Below, in pieces: positions 1-9,149 of a DNA stretch of 64,000 nt. The number at the start of each line of letters is the position of its first letter. Positions within the stretch are counted from its first letter, which is position 1. A program made the position numbers and the translations under genes. Source of the stretch: Candidatus Methanosuratincola verstraetei (GTDB taxonomy: Archaea; Thermoproteota; Methanomethylicia; Methanomethylicales; Methanomethylicaceae); contig CP186953.1 in NCBI GenBank assembly GCA_049570475.1, forward strand, positions 160,001 through 224,000, written 5' to 3'. The notes beneath the pieces were generated by a model, which saw only the letters and a list, made by a program, of their open reading frames with translations, searched no databases and had not been told where the DNA came from.

Positions 1-885
1 GCCCTCCGCCAGGTTTCTTGCTGGCTGGTCAAGCGAAGGGATGGCAGCGATCAAAGTAGCCCCGGAGGCCACATCGATCGATTTTGCCATGGTAGCGAGG
101 ACTATCATCGAATCGAGAGGCCTGTCAGATGCGTAAATGCTGACTGCCGCGGAGGGGACTGCCGAATCTTTGCTCCTCCACACGACGAGATCGAACTCGT
201 GAACTACCCCGCTCTTGCCCCGGATCCTTGCAGGCGCCTCGGCGTAGAAGCCTAGGGACTGGAGCCTCTGGGCTACCCTGCCTAGATCGATCAGCTCTTT
301 CTCTAGGATCGCCAGGCCCCCAGGGCTAAGCCTGTACCCAGGCACGCGCTTGAGCTGCAGATCAGAATCCCCTGAGCTGTGCCCATTTTGGCATATGTAA
401 CGCTTCTCGGGGCTTGGGTCAAACCGGCCGCACGAGCTGCAGTGGTAGAAATAACCATGCTTCCGGTAGTCGACGCCTATTGCAGTCAGCGGCTTGCGGC
501 ACTTCGGACAGACAAGACGGTCCCCCTGCCTGAAGACATCCTCAGTCTCTATCATTCCGCACTTCAAGTGCTCAAGCATGGGCGCTTTTGAGATCTTCAT
601 CGATCCGCATGTTCGGCACCTTATCTGGATGAAGAACTGGTGCGAGCCGCAAACAGGGCATACGATCAAGTTCTCTGCTTCCTCAGATGCCAAGATGCCC
701 TCGCGTTCTAGACTTTCCAGAAGCTCTGCAGACTCATGCGGATCAGCACCTGTAATTTCCTGGACTTCAGGGTAGTGCACCCCTCCAGAAAACGAGACGA
801 GAGGCTTGAAGAAAGAGATCCTGCCCTCCTTAATAGCCCTCAGTAGCAGCTGAGCCTCACGCCTGTGGATCACCTTTTTTTCCAA
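1..885 (-). CDS. Multi-Zn-ribbon protein (TackOD1-like) with C-terminal restriction-endonuclease-like fold; runs off the window edge
   Basis: Not in the ORF track. Manual translation from TTG885/GTG873 is open to base 1: ...LIVCPVCGSHQFFIQIRCRTCGS...EHLKCG...LVCPKCRKPLTAIGVDYRKHG...CSSCG...ICQNGH...ARIRGKSGVVHEFDLVVW. Several CxxC pairs. Confidence 0.7.
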   Translation of the reverse strand, partial: MEKKVIHRREAQLLLRAIKEGRISFFKPLVSFSGGVHYPEVQEITGADPHESAELLESLEREGILASEEAENLIVCPVCGSHQFFIQIRCRTCGSMKISKAPMLEHLKCGMIETEDVFRQGDRLVCPKCRKPLTAIGVDYRKHGYFYHCSSCGRFDPSPEKRYICQNGHSSGDSDLQLKRVPGYRLSPGGLAILEKELIDLGRVAQRLQSLGFYAEAPARIRGKSGVVHEFDLVVWRSKDSAVPSAAVSIYASDRPLDSMIVLATMAKSIDVASGATLIAAIPSLDQPARNLAEG

Positions 886-1000
886 ATTGCATTACCATTA
901 GTGTGTGAATTGATTTTTGAATTTAAGCTTATTGTTCAACAGTTCGAATTGCTAGCCGCTGTATTGGCGGAAAAGGCGCTATTTTGAGGCGGGCTTCCAA

Positions 1001-1828
1001 CTAAGCACGCCTGCCCCCCAACTTGGCGACGATCAATGCACTGAAAAGCCACCACGGGTCATTGTACTTCTCAGGCTCGAGAAGGTCAACAGATTCATTG
1101 GCGATTTCCACGACATCCCATCCTGCGCGCTCGAGAGCTGCTGAATAATCCGCGATTGAGCGGAGAACATACTCCTGTTCTACCCGGGCAATATACTCAA
1201 AATCTTTGCCCCGGCGCCTGTAGAACTCCTTGGTGGTCGTTACTCTCGATTCCATGCAGTAATAATGCCATGCATGGAGGCACAAAATGTCGCCCGCGAC
1301 CCTGAACCAGCTCTGAACAGATGGAGCCGCGCTCAGAGAAGCCAAGAAACGCTCCTTGACAGTCTCCCTCAGCAAAAGTATTGCGCCATCCCTCATGTGA
1401 AGGGCTAGATTCCCAAAGACCGAAGTTGCCTCATCAATCGACTTCCACGCAGGGGCAAGTATGCAGAGGGCAGCATCGAATTTCTTTCCAGAGACGGGGC
1501 CAAGCTCCCTATAGTCGCCAACAATGTAGGTCACATTTTTGGATACGCCAAGTTCTTGAGCAAGCCTCTTTGCCTCGCCTATGCACCGGCTAGAAAGGTC
1601 CATGCCTGTCACCGAGTATCCCATTCCAGCCAACATGTTTGAGATCCTGCCTGTTCCGCACCCCAGATCCAAGATCTCTTTGCCAGGGCTATGCGTGCGC
1701 AAGTAACGATCTATCGCACCAATGTCCCTCTCTCCGGTCTTGTTCTGGCTGCGCAAAACGAGGTACCAAAGCTCTTCGTCGTAGCCGTAGATCTTATTTT
1801 CACTTTCCTTTATTCCAATTTCAGACAT
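1001..1828 (-). CDS. Class I SAM-dependent methyltransferase
   Basis: Motif I ILDLGCGTGR, then GMDLS and GDYREL; overlaps the upstream ABC ATPase by 8 nt. Confidence 0.88.
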   Translation of the reverse strand: MSEIGIKESENKIYGYDEELWYLVLRSQNKTGERDIGAIDRYLRTHSPGKEILDLGCGTGRISNMLAGMGYSVTGMDLSSRCIGEAKRLAQELGVSKNVTYIVGDYRELGPVSGKKFDAALCILAPAWKSIDEATSVFGNLALHMRDGAILLLRETVKERFLASLSAAPSVQSWFRVAGDILCLHAWHYYCMESRVTTTKEFYRRRGKDFEYIARVEQEYVLRSIADYSAALERAGWDVVEIANESVDLLEPEKYNDPWWLFSALIVAKLGGRRA

Positions 1829-2756
1829 ATTTGAAGCACCTTACCTTGAAACCATCAATTTCCGCCAGAGGCGGTCTCTCATCCAAGCATCTCACAGATC
1901 TGTGACTGCAGCGAGGGTTGAACCTGCACCCGGGGGGCGGGGAAACCATGCTCGGATTCTCCCCCTCAATCGGCTTTAGGCCCCTCGATGGTAAAGACTC
2001 GAGCAGCGCCCAGGAGTATGGATGCTTAGGAGAGGCGAAGAAATCCCGAGTTTTTGATATTTCAACTACCTCCCCACAGTACATTACGCAGACCCTATCC
2101 GACACCTCTTTTAAGAAGCATAGGTCATGCGATACGATCATCATTGCGCCTGTCCTTTGCTTTGCCAATTGGAGCAGATCGATCACCAGACGCTTCTTCC
2201 TTTCATCAAGACCTTTTGTCGGCTCGTCAACGAACACTGCCTCTGATTTCCCCGAGATGCCCATTGCGACAAGAGCCCGCTGCAGCATGCCGCCGCTAAG
2301 CTGGTGCCTGTAGCTGCGGGCAGCTTTCTCAGGGGATTCTATGCCCATATCCCCAAGCAGCCTAACCGCCGTGCCGTATCCTTCTTCCTTTCCCATATTG
2401 AAGTGCTCCATCGGCCTTTCAGAGATCTGGAGCCAGCATTTTAGGAAGGGATTGAGCGAACCGAAGCCCTGCGGTATGAGCGAGAAATGCCTTCCTATCA
2501 ACTGCATTGCCCTCTTCCGATCCATGGAAAGAATGTCGTTGCCGCAATACAAGATCTCCCCACTTGACCTTGCATTTTCAGGAAGGAGCCTGAACACTGA
2601 GTTGAGCAGCACCGTCTTTCCGCTGCCTGACTCCCCGAGCACACCCAGCACTTCACCTCTCTGGAGCTCAAGGTTGACGCCATTGAGTGCACTAACCCGC
2701 ATCTGTTGCATCTCGAAATCCACGCAGAGGTCCCTAATCTCAATAATCTTGCCCAA
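1821..2756 (-). CDS. Peptide/nickel ABC transporter ATP-binding subunit (OppD/DppD-like)
   Basis: Walker A GESGSGKT, signature LSGGMLQR, VDEPT, C-terminal HPY...GCRFNPRC domain. Confidence 0.93.
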   Translation of the reverse strand: MGKIIEIRDLCVDFEMQQMRVSALNGVNLELQRGEVLGVLGESGSGKTVLLNSVFRLLPENARSSGEILYCGNDILSMDRKRAMQLIGRHFSLIPQGFGSLNPFLKCWLQISERPMEHFNMGKEEGYGTAVRLLGDMGIESPEKAARSYRHQLSGGMLQRALVAMGISGKSEAVFVDEPTKGLDERKKRLVIDLLQLAKQRTGAMMIVSHDLCFLKEVSDRVCVMYCGEVVEISKTRDFFASPKHPYSWALLESLPSRGLKPIEGENPSMVSPPPGCRFNPRCSHRSVRCLDERPPLAEIDGFKVRCFKYV

Positions 2757-3705
2757 AGAGCCAGCACCTCACCGATCTTGCCTTGCCAGTCATGAACTCA
2801 GGGGGAGACGATTTTGAACATGCCCCCATGCGTGCATCGCATTGGCTGTAAAATGGGCACCCAGTGCCCCTATTCATCTCGAGTCCCGAGGCAGATCCCG
2901 AGAGGAGAGATAAGGTATACGGGTGCAGGGGCGATGAAAATACATCTGAGGCGGCCCCTGATTCCACTATACTTCCGCCCAGCATTACGCAAACTCGATT
3001 TGAGATCGCCTCGGCTAGGCTCAAGTCATGGGTAACAAAAAGCACGGCAAACCCATTTTCCTTCTTGGCTTCAAGGAGCTGGTGGACAATCTTTGCCTGA
3101 GTCGAAGGGTCGAGCATAGAGGTCGGCTCATCTGCTATCACGACATCAGGGCTGAGCACCATAGCTTTAGCAAGAACTGCCCTCTGCAGCTCGCCGCCGC
3201 TCAGATCCCTCGGCTTGCGCCTAAGTTGATCCAAACCTAGACCAACTCTAGACGAGACAGACCGGACCTTTTCCAATTCTTCTTCCCGCGTTCTCGCTTC
3301 CTTGTGTATCCTCAGCGGCTCCGCTATGCTATCATAAATGTACCATGTCGGATCCAGGGCCAGATCGGGGTACTGCGGCACGAACTGGACTTTTCTCCTG
3401 AAGTGGAGGAGATCCTTGCTGCCCATCTTGGCTAACGGCTTATCCCCAAAAAAGACCTCTCCGCTTGTGGGTTGAATCAGGCCTGCCAATATCTTTGCCA
3501 AGGTGGTCTTTCCGCTGCCTGACTCCCCAATCAACGCAAGCAGTTCCCCTCTCCTGATCGAGATTGATGCGCCCGCCAGCGCAGTGAAGCCTCCCTTTAG
3601 GTATGATTTGAAGATCTTCACCACATCCCTGCAGCCGAGCAGAGGAGCAGAGTCTAGGAGTCTCTGGGAAGGCGTTTCATATGATTTCGGGCTGAGTTGC
3701 TTCAT
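2740..3705 (-). CDS. Peptide/nickel ABC transporter ATP-binding subunit (OppF/DppF-like)
   Basis: GESGSGKT, LSGGELQR, ADEPTSMLD, HPYT, GCPFYSQC. Confidence 0.93.
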   Translation of the reverse strand: MKQLSPKSYETPSQRLLDSAPLLGCRDVVKIFKSYLKGGFTALAGASISIRRGELLALIGESGSGKTTLAKILAGLIQPTSGEVFFGDKPLAKMGSKDLLHFRRKVQFVPQYPDLALDPTWYIYDSIAEPLRIHKEARTREEELEKVRSVSSRVGLGLDQLRRKPRDLSGGELQRAVLAKAMVLSPDVVIADEPTSMLDPSTQAKIVHQLLEAKKENGFAVLFVTHDLSLAEAISNRVCVMLGGSIVESGAASDVFSSPLHPYTLSLLSGSASGLEMNRGTGCPFYSQCDARMGACSKSSPPEFMTGKARSVRCWLFGQDY

Positions 3706-4541
3706 GACACATCACCTATCGACTTTGTGCTTGACCTGTACCTGGACTCCATCCCCATGCCGATCAGGATGAAGCCAAGTGAGGAAAAAGATATGCAGAT
3801 GCCTGGCGGCACGAATGTCCACCAAGCCCCGTGCAGGAGGGCTCCCCGAGTCATGGCGAAATGGAGCATCATACCCCAGCTTGGGTTTTGCGGATCCCCG
3901 AGCCCGATGAAGCTCAGCCCAGCCTCCAAGAGGATCGAGCTGGAAACCGCAAGCACAAACCTGGCTAGCACAATGCCCCAGACATTGGGCAACACGTGCC
4001 TGAACATGATATAGGGCTTCCTTGCCCCTACGCCCATCAGCCCCTCGATAAAAGGGCTACCCCTGATCTGGCGTGCGCGCGCCCTTACCATCCTCGCGGT
4101 TGTCGGCCACCAGAGCAGACCAATAACCATCACGACATTCATGAATGATGGACCAAGATAAGCCGCAAGTAGAATCATCAGTGGGAGTGCAGGAACAACA
4201 AGGAAGAAATCAGTTATCGAGCCAAGCGCCTCATCCACGGTCCCGCCCATAAAACCTGCAAATACGCCTATAACGGTGCCAAACAGCGTTGAGACCGTAG
4301 CGCCAAGCAACCCTATCGAAAGCGAGACCCTGCTCCCCTGGAGCAGGATCGCCAAAACATCATCGCCTATATCGTTTGTTCCAAGGAAGTTTGAGGGTGA
4401 TGGGGGCAGGTAAGGAATGCTTGAAGGCATCCCGAAGCACCCCCCTGGCAAGAAGGACATCAATGTCATTGCAAATACCGCCAATATGAGGGCAATGCCG
4501 GCCCACTCAACCCCAGTTGGAGAGTAACCAAACCTTTTCAT
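3702..4541 (-). CDS. Peptide/nickel ABC transporter permease (OppC/DppC-like)
   Basis: LGTNDIGDD, ARMVRA, RHVLPN, EAGLSFIGLG, PSWGMML. Confidence 0.93.
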   Translation of the reverse strand: MKRFGYSPTGVEWAGIALILAVFAMTLMSFLPGGCFGMPSSIPYLPPSPSNFLGTNDIGDDVLAILLQGSRVSLSIGLLGATVSTLFGTVIGVFAGFMGGTVDEALGSITDFFLVVPALPLMILLAAYLGPSFMNVVMVIGLLWWPTTARMVRARARQIRGSPFIEGLMGVGARKPYIMFRHVLPNVWGIVLARFVLAVSSSILLEAGLSFIGLGDPQNPSWGMMLHFAMTRGALLHGAWWTFVPPGICISFSSLGFILIGMGMESRYRSSTKSIGDVS

Positions 4542-5512
4542 GATCTTGACCTCGGATCCAGTGCATAAGAAAGAGCATCAGCCAAGGCATTCGCGCTGAC
4601 AACTACCAATGCCACCATTGTGAATGAAGCCTGTAGCAGAGGGTAATCCCTTTCGATCACGGCCTGCCACATCGTATAGCCCATGCCGGGCCAGCTGAAT
4701 GCAATCTCCACTAGAAGTGCGCCGGAGAACGCGAAACCCATCTCGATCGCGAAAAGCGAAAGGAGGGGAGGGAGGGATGGCTTAAGAAGGTGGCGCAGGC
4801 TGAAATTGAGTTTGCCAAGACCCTTAGAGAGGGCAGCTATGACAAACGGCTCCTCAGAGATCTCGATCGTCAGCCCGCGCACAATTATCGACACATATGC
4901 CGTGTTGAATATCGCGAGAACCAGGAGAGGCAGGGACAGATGCTGGACGATGGCGACAAAGGATGCTCCAGCAGGGGGAGCGCCGCCGATCGGCGCCCAT
5001 CCAAGCCATAGCGAGAAGAACAGCAGCATCAACATTGCCAACCAGTATGTGGGAAAAGAGTGTACTGCCACGCAAGCAGCGGAGACTAACCGTTTTGGCA
5101 GCCTGTCTGATTCCCAGCCGAGGGTGAGACCGATGGCAGTCCCTGCAACAAGGGAAAGCACTGTGGATGGCACGGTCATAATTAAAGTAAGAGGGAGCCT
5201 TTCGGCAATTATCTCAGAGATTTGTCGACCATAGCTGAATGAATATCCGAAGTCTGCCCTGAACAGGCTCATCAGGTAAATCCAGAACTGATCGACCAGG
5301 GGAAGATTCAACCCATACTTTGCAGTAAGAGCCTCAAAGAGTTCAGGGTTCCTGATTGCGGCACCGTAGACCTCCTCTCCGAATATGAAGAGCATCGGAT
5401 CGCCTGGCATCAGGCGAGGGATAAGGAAGTTGACCGTAATGATAGCGAAGACGAGAACCAGATACCTCAAAATCTTTCTTAATAAAAAAAGGGGGATCCT
5501 CAAGCCTGACAC
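4538..5512 (-). CDS. Peptide/nickel ABC transporter permease (OppB/DppB-like)
   Basis: PRLMPGDP, YGLNLPL, DFGYSF, EIAFSWPGMG, RDYPLLQ, LDPR. Confidence 0.93.
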   Translation of the reverse strand: MSGLRIPLFLLRKILRYLVLVFAIITVNFLIPRLMPGDPMLFIFGEEVYGAAIRNPELFEALTAKYGLNLPLVDQFWIYLMSLFRADFGYSFSYGRQISEIIAERLPLTLIMTVPSTVLSLVAGTAIGLTLGWESDRLPKRLVSAACVAVHSFPTYWLAMLMLLFFSLWLGWAPIGGAPPAGASFVAIVQHLSLPLLVLAIFNTAYVSIIVRGLTIEISEEPFVIAALSKGLGKLNFSLRHLLKPSLPPLLSLFAIEMGFAFSGALLVEIAFSWPGMGYTMWQAVIERDYPLLQASFTMVALVVVSANALADALSYALDPRSRS

Positions 5513-5533
5513 TTTCCTTTGGCACGCATAGCC

Positions 5534-7159
5534 CTACTTTACAATTACCGAAAACCAAGTATCTTTGCCGAGGATGCCGTACATTGTGTCGAAGACAAGA
5601 CCGCCGACCATGTCAGACCGGTATGGCTGGATTATCTTGCCCCAGTAGAGGGGGATTGCGTACATGTTAGTGGCATAAAGGTCTTGCAGCCTCCTGTAGA
5701 GCTCTTTGGTGCGACTCTGGTTAGCGGTTCGGAGTATCTCATCGACCACTGCGTGGTACTCAGGGTCATCAACGTTGGCCCAGCCCATATTCCTGTTGTC
5801 GAAGTAAAGCGTGCCTGCCCCAGCATACATGATCATACCCCAGAAGGTAGTCCTAGATATGGCGGAGTCGAAGTCCTTAGTTTTCTGAGTGATCGTCTGG
5901 AAGGTGCTGACGTCAGCGGGGATTATCTGGACCCTTATACGTATGTTCTCGAGATCCCTCTTCACCAGCTCAGCAAGCCGCATCGACAGGGCTATGTCTG
6001 ACCTTGCCAGTATCTTCATAGTGAAAGCAGTGCCATTGGGGAAGTCCCTCCAGCCATCAGAGTCGCGGTCTGCAAAACCAAGCGAGTCGAGCATTGATGC
6101 TGCGCGGGAGGCGTTCTTCGCGAGCAGGGGCTTCTCGACGTAGTAATCCCAGCTGTCAGGTATCCAACCTTTCGTTGGCACCTTAGCATATCCGGCAGCG
6201 ATGAACGTGACGTAGCCATTATAGTCCAGCGCATATGATATAGCTTCCCTGAATTCGCTCATGTTGTATGGATACCGCATGCAGTTGAACCAGAGGCTGT
6301 TGTCCACGCCGAAGTTTGGCATTATAATAAATGAAACGTTCTTCTCCTCAAGGAGGGGCGGGACGTAAACTGGATCGATCCCGGAAGCATATGCATAAGT
6401 CGCAGCTATATCGCCCTTCTTAAGGGCCATAAGCATGGCATCAGTGCTGGTATAGAACCTGAGGGTCACTTTGTCAACAACAGGTGCCCCCCTCCAGTAG
6501 TTTTTGTTTGCATTGAAAGTCATTGCCCCTGAAGCAGAATCGAAGCCACCGTAGGTGAAGGGACCGCACCCGATATTCCTGTCGCTGCCGGCGTAGGTCG
6601 CTGGATCGGTGACATTGGCCCAGACGTGCTTCGGAATAAGCCTAGTCGCTGCAAGCCCTGTTGTGAAAGAGGTCCATTCCCTGCTTAGCTTAACCACGAC
6701 AGTCCTGTTGTCCAAAGGCTCTGCCGAGACCACGAACTGGAAGTGGGTTGCATAGTTTGGGTCTTTCGCTTTCAAGTAAGTTATTGTGAACGCCACATCC
6801 TCGGCGGTTACCGGCACTCCATCGTGCCAGGTGGCGTTTCTTATTAGCGTCAGCGTCCAGTCCTTGGAGTCTGCTGTTGACCAATTGACCAAGTAAGGAA
6901 CGATGCTGCCTCCCTGGTCGACCGCTGCCAAGGGGTCGAGGATGAAGCAGGCCGCGAAGATGCCCATGTAGTAGTCTTTTACGAAGTTGTCGGTCTTCAC
7001 GATGTTTGTAGTCCCGATTGTGAGCGCCTTTGTTACACTTTGGGTGTTGTTTGAAGCTGGGCTGCCGGTCGAGAAATAACCGCCATAAGCTGCAAATCCC
7101 AGCCCAGCCAGAATTAAAATTGCAATCCCAATAGAGCCTACAAGCAAGTTCTTTTTCAT
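5534..7159 (-). CDS. ABC transporter substrate-binding protein, family 5 (peptide/nickel), N-terminally membrane-anchored
   Basis: Family 5 signature WHDGVPVTAEDVAFT, GCGPF, FREAISYALD. Probable start ATG7159 (MKKNLL...) followed by a hydrophobic anchor. Confidence 0.92.
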   Translation of the reverse strand: MKKNLLVGSIGIAILILAGLGFAAYGGYFSTGSPASNNTQSVTKALTIGTTNIVKTDNFVKDYYMGIFAACFILDPLAAVDQGGSIVPYLVNWSTADSKDWTLTLIRNATWHDGVPVTAEDVAFTITYLKAKDPNYATHFQFVVSAEPLDNRTVVVKLSREWTSFTTGLAATRLIPKHVWANVTDPATYAGSDRNIGCGPFTYGGFDSASGAMTFNANKNYWRGAPVVDKVTLRFYTSTDAMLMALKKGDIAATYAYASGIDPVYVPPLLEEKNVSFIIMPNFGVDNSLWFNCMRYPYNMSEFREAISYALDYNGYVTFIAAGYAKVPTKGWIPDSWDYYVEKPLLAKNASRAASMLDSLGFADRDSDGWRDFPNGTAFTMKILARSDIALSMRLAELVKRDLENIRIRVQIIPADVSTFQTITQKTKDFDSAISRTTFWGMIMYAGAGTLYFDNRNMGWANVDDPEYHAVVDEILRTANQSRTKELYRRLQDLYATNMYAIPLYWGKIIQPYRSDMVGGLVFDTMYGILGKDTWFSVIVK

Positions 7160-7175
7160 CTCATCATCTACTCCT

Positions 7176-7205
7176 GGTATCATTTTTTCACAAAATAGTA
7201 ACACC
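7176..7205. promoter_or_regulatory. Candidate NikR-type operator GGTATCA-N16-TAACACC
   Basis: Imperfect dyad with a 16-nt AT-rich spacer, lying between a minus-strand TATA-like element (7204-7214) and the substrate-binding-protein start. Confidence 0.45.
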
Positions 7206-7217
7206 TTAAATAAATTT

Positions 7218-7233
7218 TGTTTCATAAGAAACA
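7218..7233. promoter_or_regulatory. Palindromic operator-like site TGTTTCATAAGAAACA (ABC operon / sirC divergent region)
   Basis: 15/16 match to the perfect palindrome at 18503-18518; 19/20 identity including the flank. Confidence 0.65.
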
Positions 7234-7301
7234 CCATTACAGATTAAGCCCTTGCGTGGCACGGTAGCTCACGCTTAAATTGTGTCGAAGCCAGGATAGT
7301 T

Positions 7302-7778
7302 ATGGAGGAATCTGAACTGCCCAAGAAAGGGATGCTCTTCTATGTCATAACAGAAGGCCTTAGGGCGCTCGTTGTTGGATCAGGCAAAATTGGCAGGAGG
7401 AAGATCTTCAAGCTCATCGAAGGCGGTGCGGAAGTCACAGTCGTGACAAAAGAAGATCCCAAGCTTCTCAATAGGGAGAAGCTGAAGGTCGTGATCGGGG
7501 ATGGGCTAGAGTACGCCGCTGAAAACATCGACAACTTTGACCTTGTAGTGGCGGCAACCAACGACCCAGCGATCAATTCGAAGATCTCTGACCTGGCAAG
7601 GAAGAAGGGGAAGCTTGTCAATTCGGTGACTTCGCCGGAGGAATGCAGCCTGATCTTCCCTGCCGTGATAGATTACGGCAAGTTCAAGCTGGGGATCACC
7701 ACAGGGGGCAGGGATCCTTCACTTTCAAAGAAAGTCAAGAAATTGCTCCAGAAAGCCTTGCGGGAAGGGGATTTCTGA
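7302..7778 (+). CDS. sirC: Precorrin-2 dehydrogenase (SirC / CysG N-terminal type)
   Basis: NAD-binding VVGSGKIGRRK, LVVAATND, LVNSV, ITTGGRDP; adjacent to hem/cfb genes. Confidence 0.85.
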   Translation: MEESELPKKGMLFYVITEGLRALVVGSGKIGRRKIFKLIEGGAEVTVVTKEDPKLLNREKLKVVIGDGLEYAAENIDNFDLVVAATNDPAINSKISDLARKKGKLVNSVTSPEECSLIFPAVIDYGKFKLGITTGGRDPSLSKKVKKLLQKALREGDF

Positions 7779-7781
7779 GCC

Positions 7782-9149
7782 TCAACGGCGCGAGTATGCC
7801 CTGCATTCTTTCAGGAACTTCGCGGGCACGCCCGGGCAAGCCAGATAGTGGAGATGCGTGTACATCCCTATCGCATTATGGCATACGGCGCCATCCATGA
7901 GATCCCGTATACCCTTGCCCCTGAGAACCCTGAACGAAAGCTCGCTCGACAGGCCCTCAATGGACGAGTAATGGAACTCATGACCTCTCAATGCCGCCCC
8001 CTGGTCGGCTATTACGCTCGAGCGGGATGCTTCCAGTGCAACATAGCTCAGCGCTTTGGGTTTCTCGTGCATCACTACATCGCCATCGAAGACGCCCACC
8101 ATCTGCCTCTTTTCACCATTGCGCTCGATCGATCTACAGAGGTACATCAGCCCGCCACACTCGCCTATCGCAGGGAGCCCGTCCATAATCCTCTGCTTGA
8201 GCGAACGCCGCATCTGGTAATTCGCTTCGAGCTCTTTGGAGAATATCTCAGGATATCCACCGCCTATGAGCACCCCCGAGAGATCATCGCCTAACCCACG
8301 GTCAGATAGGCTGTCAACGACTGCGATCTCCGCGCCCATCTCCCTGAGTGCAGAAAGGTTCTCGTGATAATAGAAAGAGAAAGGCCCGTCCATGAAGACC
8401 CCAATCCTGACGCGCTCGCCTTCGAAGGGACGTGCTTCAGGCATGTAATCTATTGGCGGGGCCTGCTTGGCGATCTCGAGGATCCTCTCCAGATCAAGGC
8501 CCTCTTCCAACTGCTCTGCGGCGCTTTTTATCACCTCTAGCGCCTCAGGGAACTCATGGGAGGTCGTCAACCCCAGATGTCGCTTCTTTATTTCAAGGCG
8601 AGGGGATCTGGAAAGGGATCCAAGTATGGGTATCCCTGCGTAATGCGATATCGCACGCCTCAGCTTCTCCTCGTGCCGGGCATCGCTCACCTTGTTGAGG
8701 ATCACTCCAGCAATTTGGACTTGGTTGTCCATCGCCCTTAGCCCAATGAGCTGAGCTGCTGCGCTCCTAGTGAGGCTATGGCAGTTGAGGACAATGACCA
8801 CAGGGGACTTCAGGATTTTCGCAACATGTGCAGTGCTCCCCTCGTCCCCAACAGGCGATTCCCCCTCGTAGAGGCCTCTGACGCCCTCTATTACCGCCAA
8901 GTCCGATCCGATCGAGCCTGAAGCGAAGGACGAGACCACAGTCATCTCGTCCATTATCCACGAGTCAAGGTTCCTGCAGGGCCTGCCCGACGCAAGCCTG
9001 TGGTACATCGGATCTATGTAGTCGGGGCCTATCTTGAACGGCTGGACACGGTAGCCTTTAGCGCCCAGGATCCTGAGAAGGGCGGCAGTCACGATCGTCT
9101 TTCCTGAGTCGCTACCCCCTGCGGAGAGGACGATCCTAGGCATCTCCAA
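7782..9149 (-). CDS. cfbB: Ni-sirohydrochlorin a,c-diamide synthase
   Basis: CbiA/CobB family: SDSGKT, FKIGPDYIDP, IEGVRGLYEG, GECGGLMYL, GHEFHYS; in an operon with cfbACDE. Confidence 0.9.
   Translation of the reverse strand: MEMPRIVLSAGGSDSGKTIVTAALLRILGAKGYRVQPFKIGPDYIDPMYHRLASGRPCRNLDSWIMDEMTVVSSFASGSIGSDLAVIEGVRGLYEGESPVGDEGSTAHVAKILKSPVVIVLNCHSLTRSAAAQLIGLRAMDNQVQIAGVILNKVSDARHEEKLRRAISHYAGIPILGSLSRSPRLEIKKRHLGLTTSHEFPEALEVIKSAAEQLEEGLDLERILEIAKQAPPIDYMPEARPFEGERVRIGVFMDGPFSFYYHENLSALREMGAEIAVVDSLSDRGLGDDLSGVLIGGGYPEIFSKELEANYQMRRSLKQRIMDGLPAIGECGGLMYLCRSIERNGEKRQMVGVFDGDVVMHEKPKALSYVALEASRSSVIADQGAALRGHEFHYSSIEGLSSELSFRVLRGKGIRDLMDGAVCHNAIGMYTHLHYLACPGVPAKFLKECRAYSRR

Noticed and set aside
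3674-3684. Partial match GTTTCATATGA to the F430 palindrome
   Set aside because: Inside a coding region with an incomplete right arm; probably chance.
7782-9149. cbiA/cobB of cobalamin synthesis
   Set aside because: No other corrin-ring genes nearby; flanked by cfbACDE.
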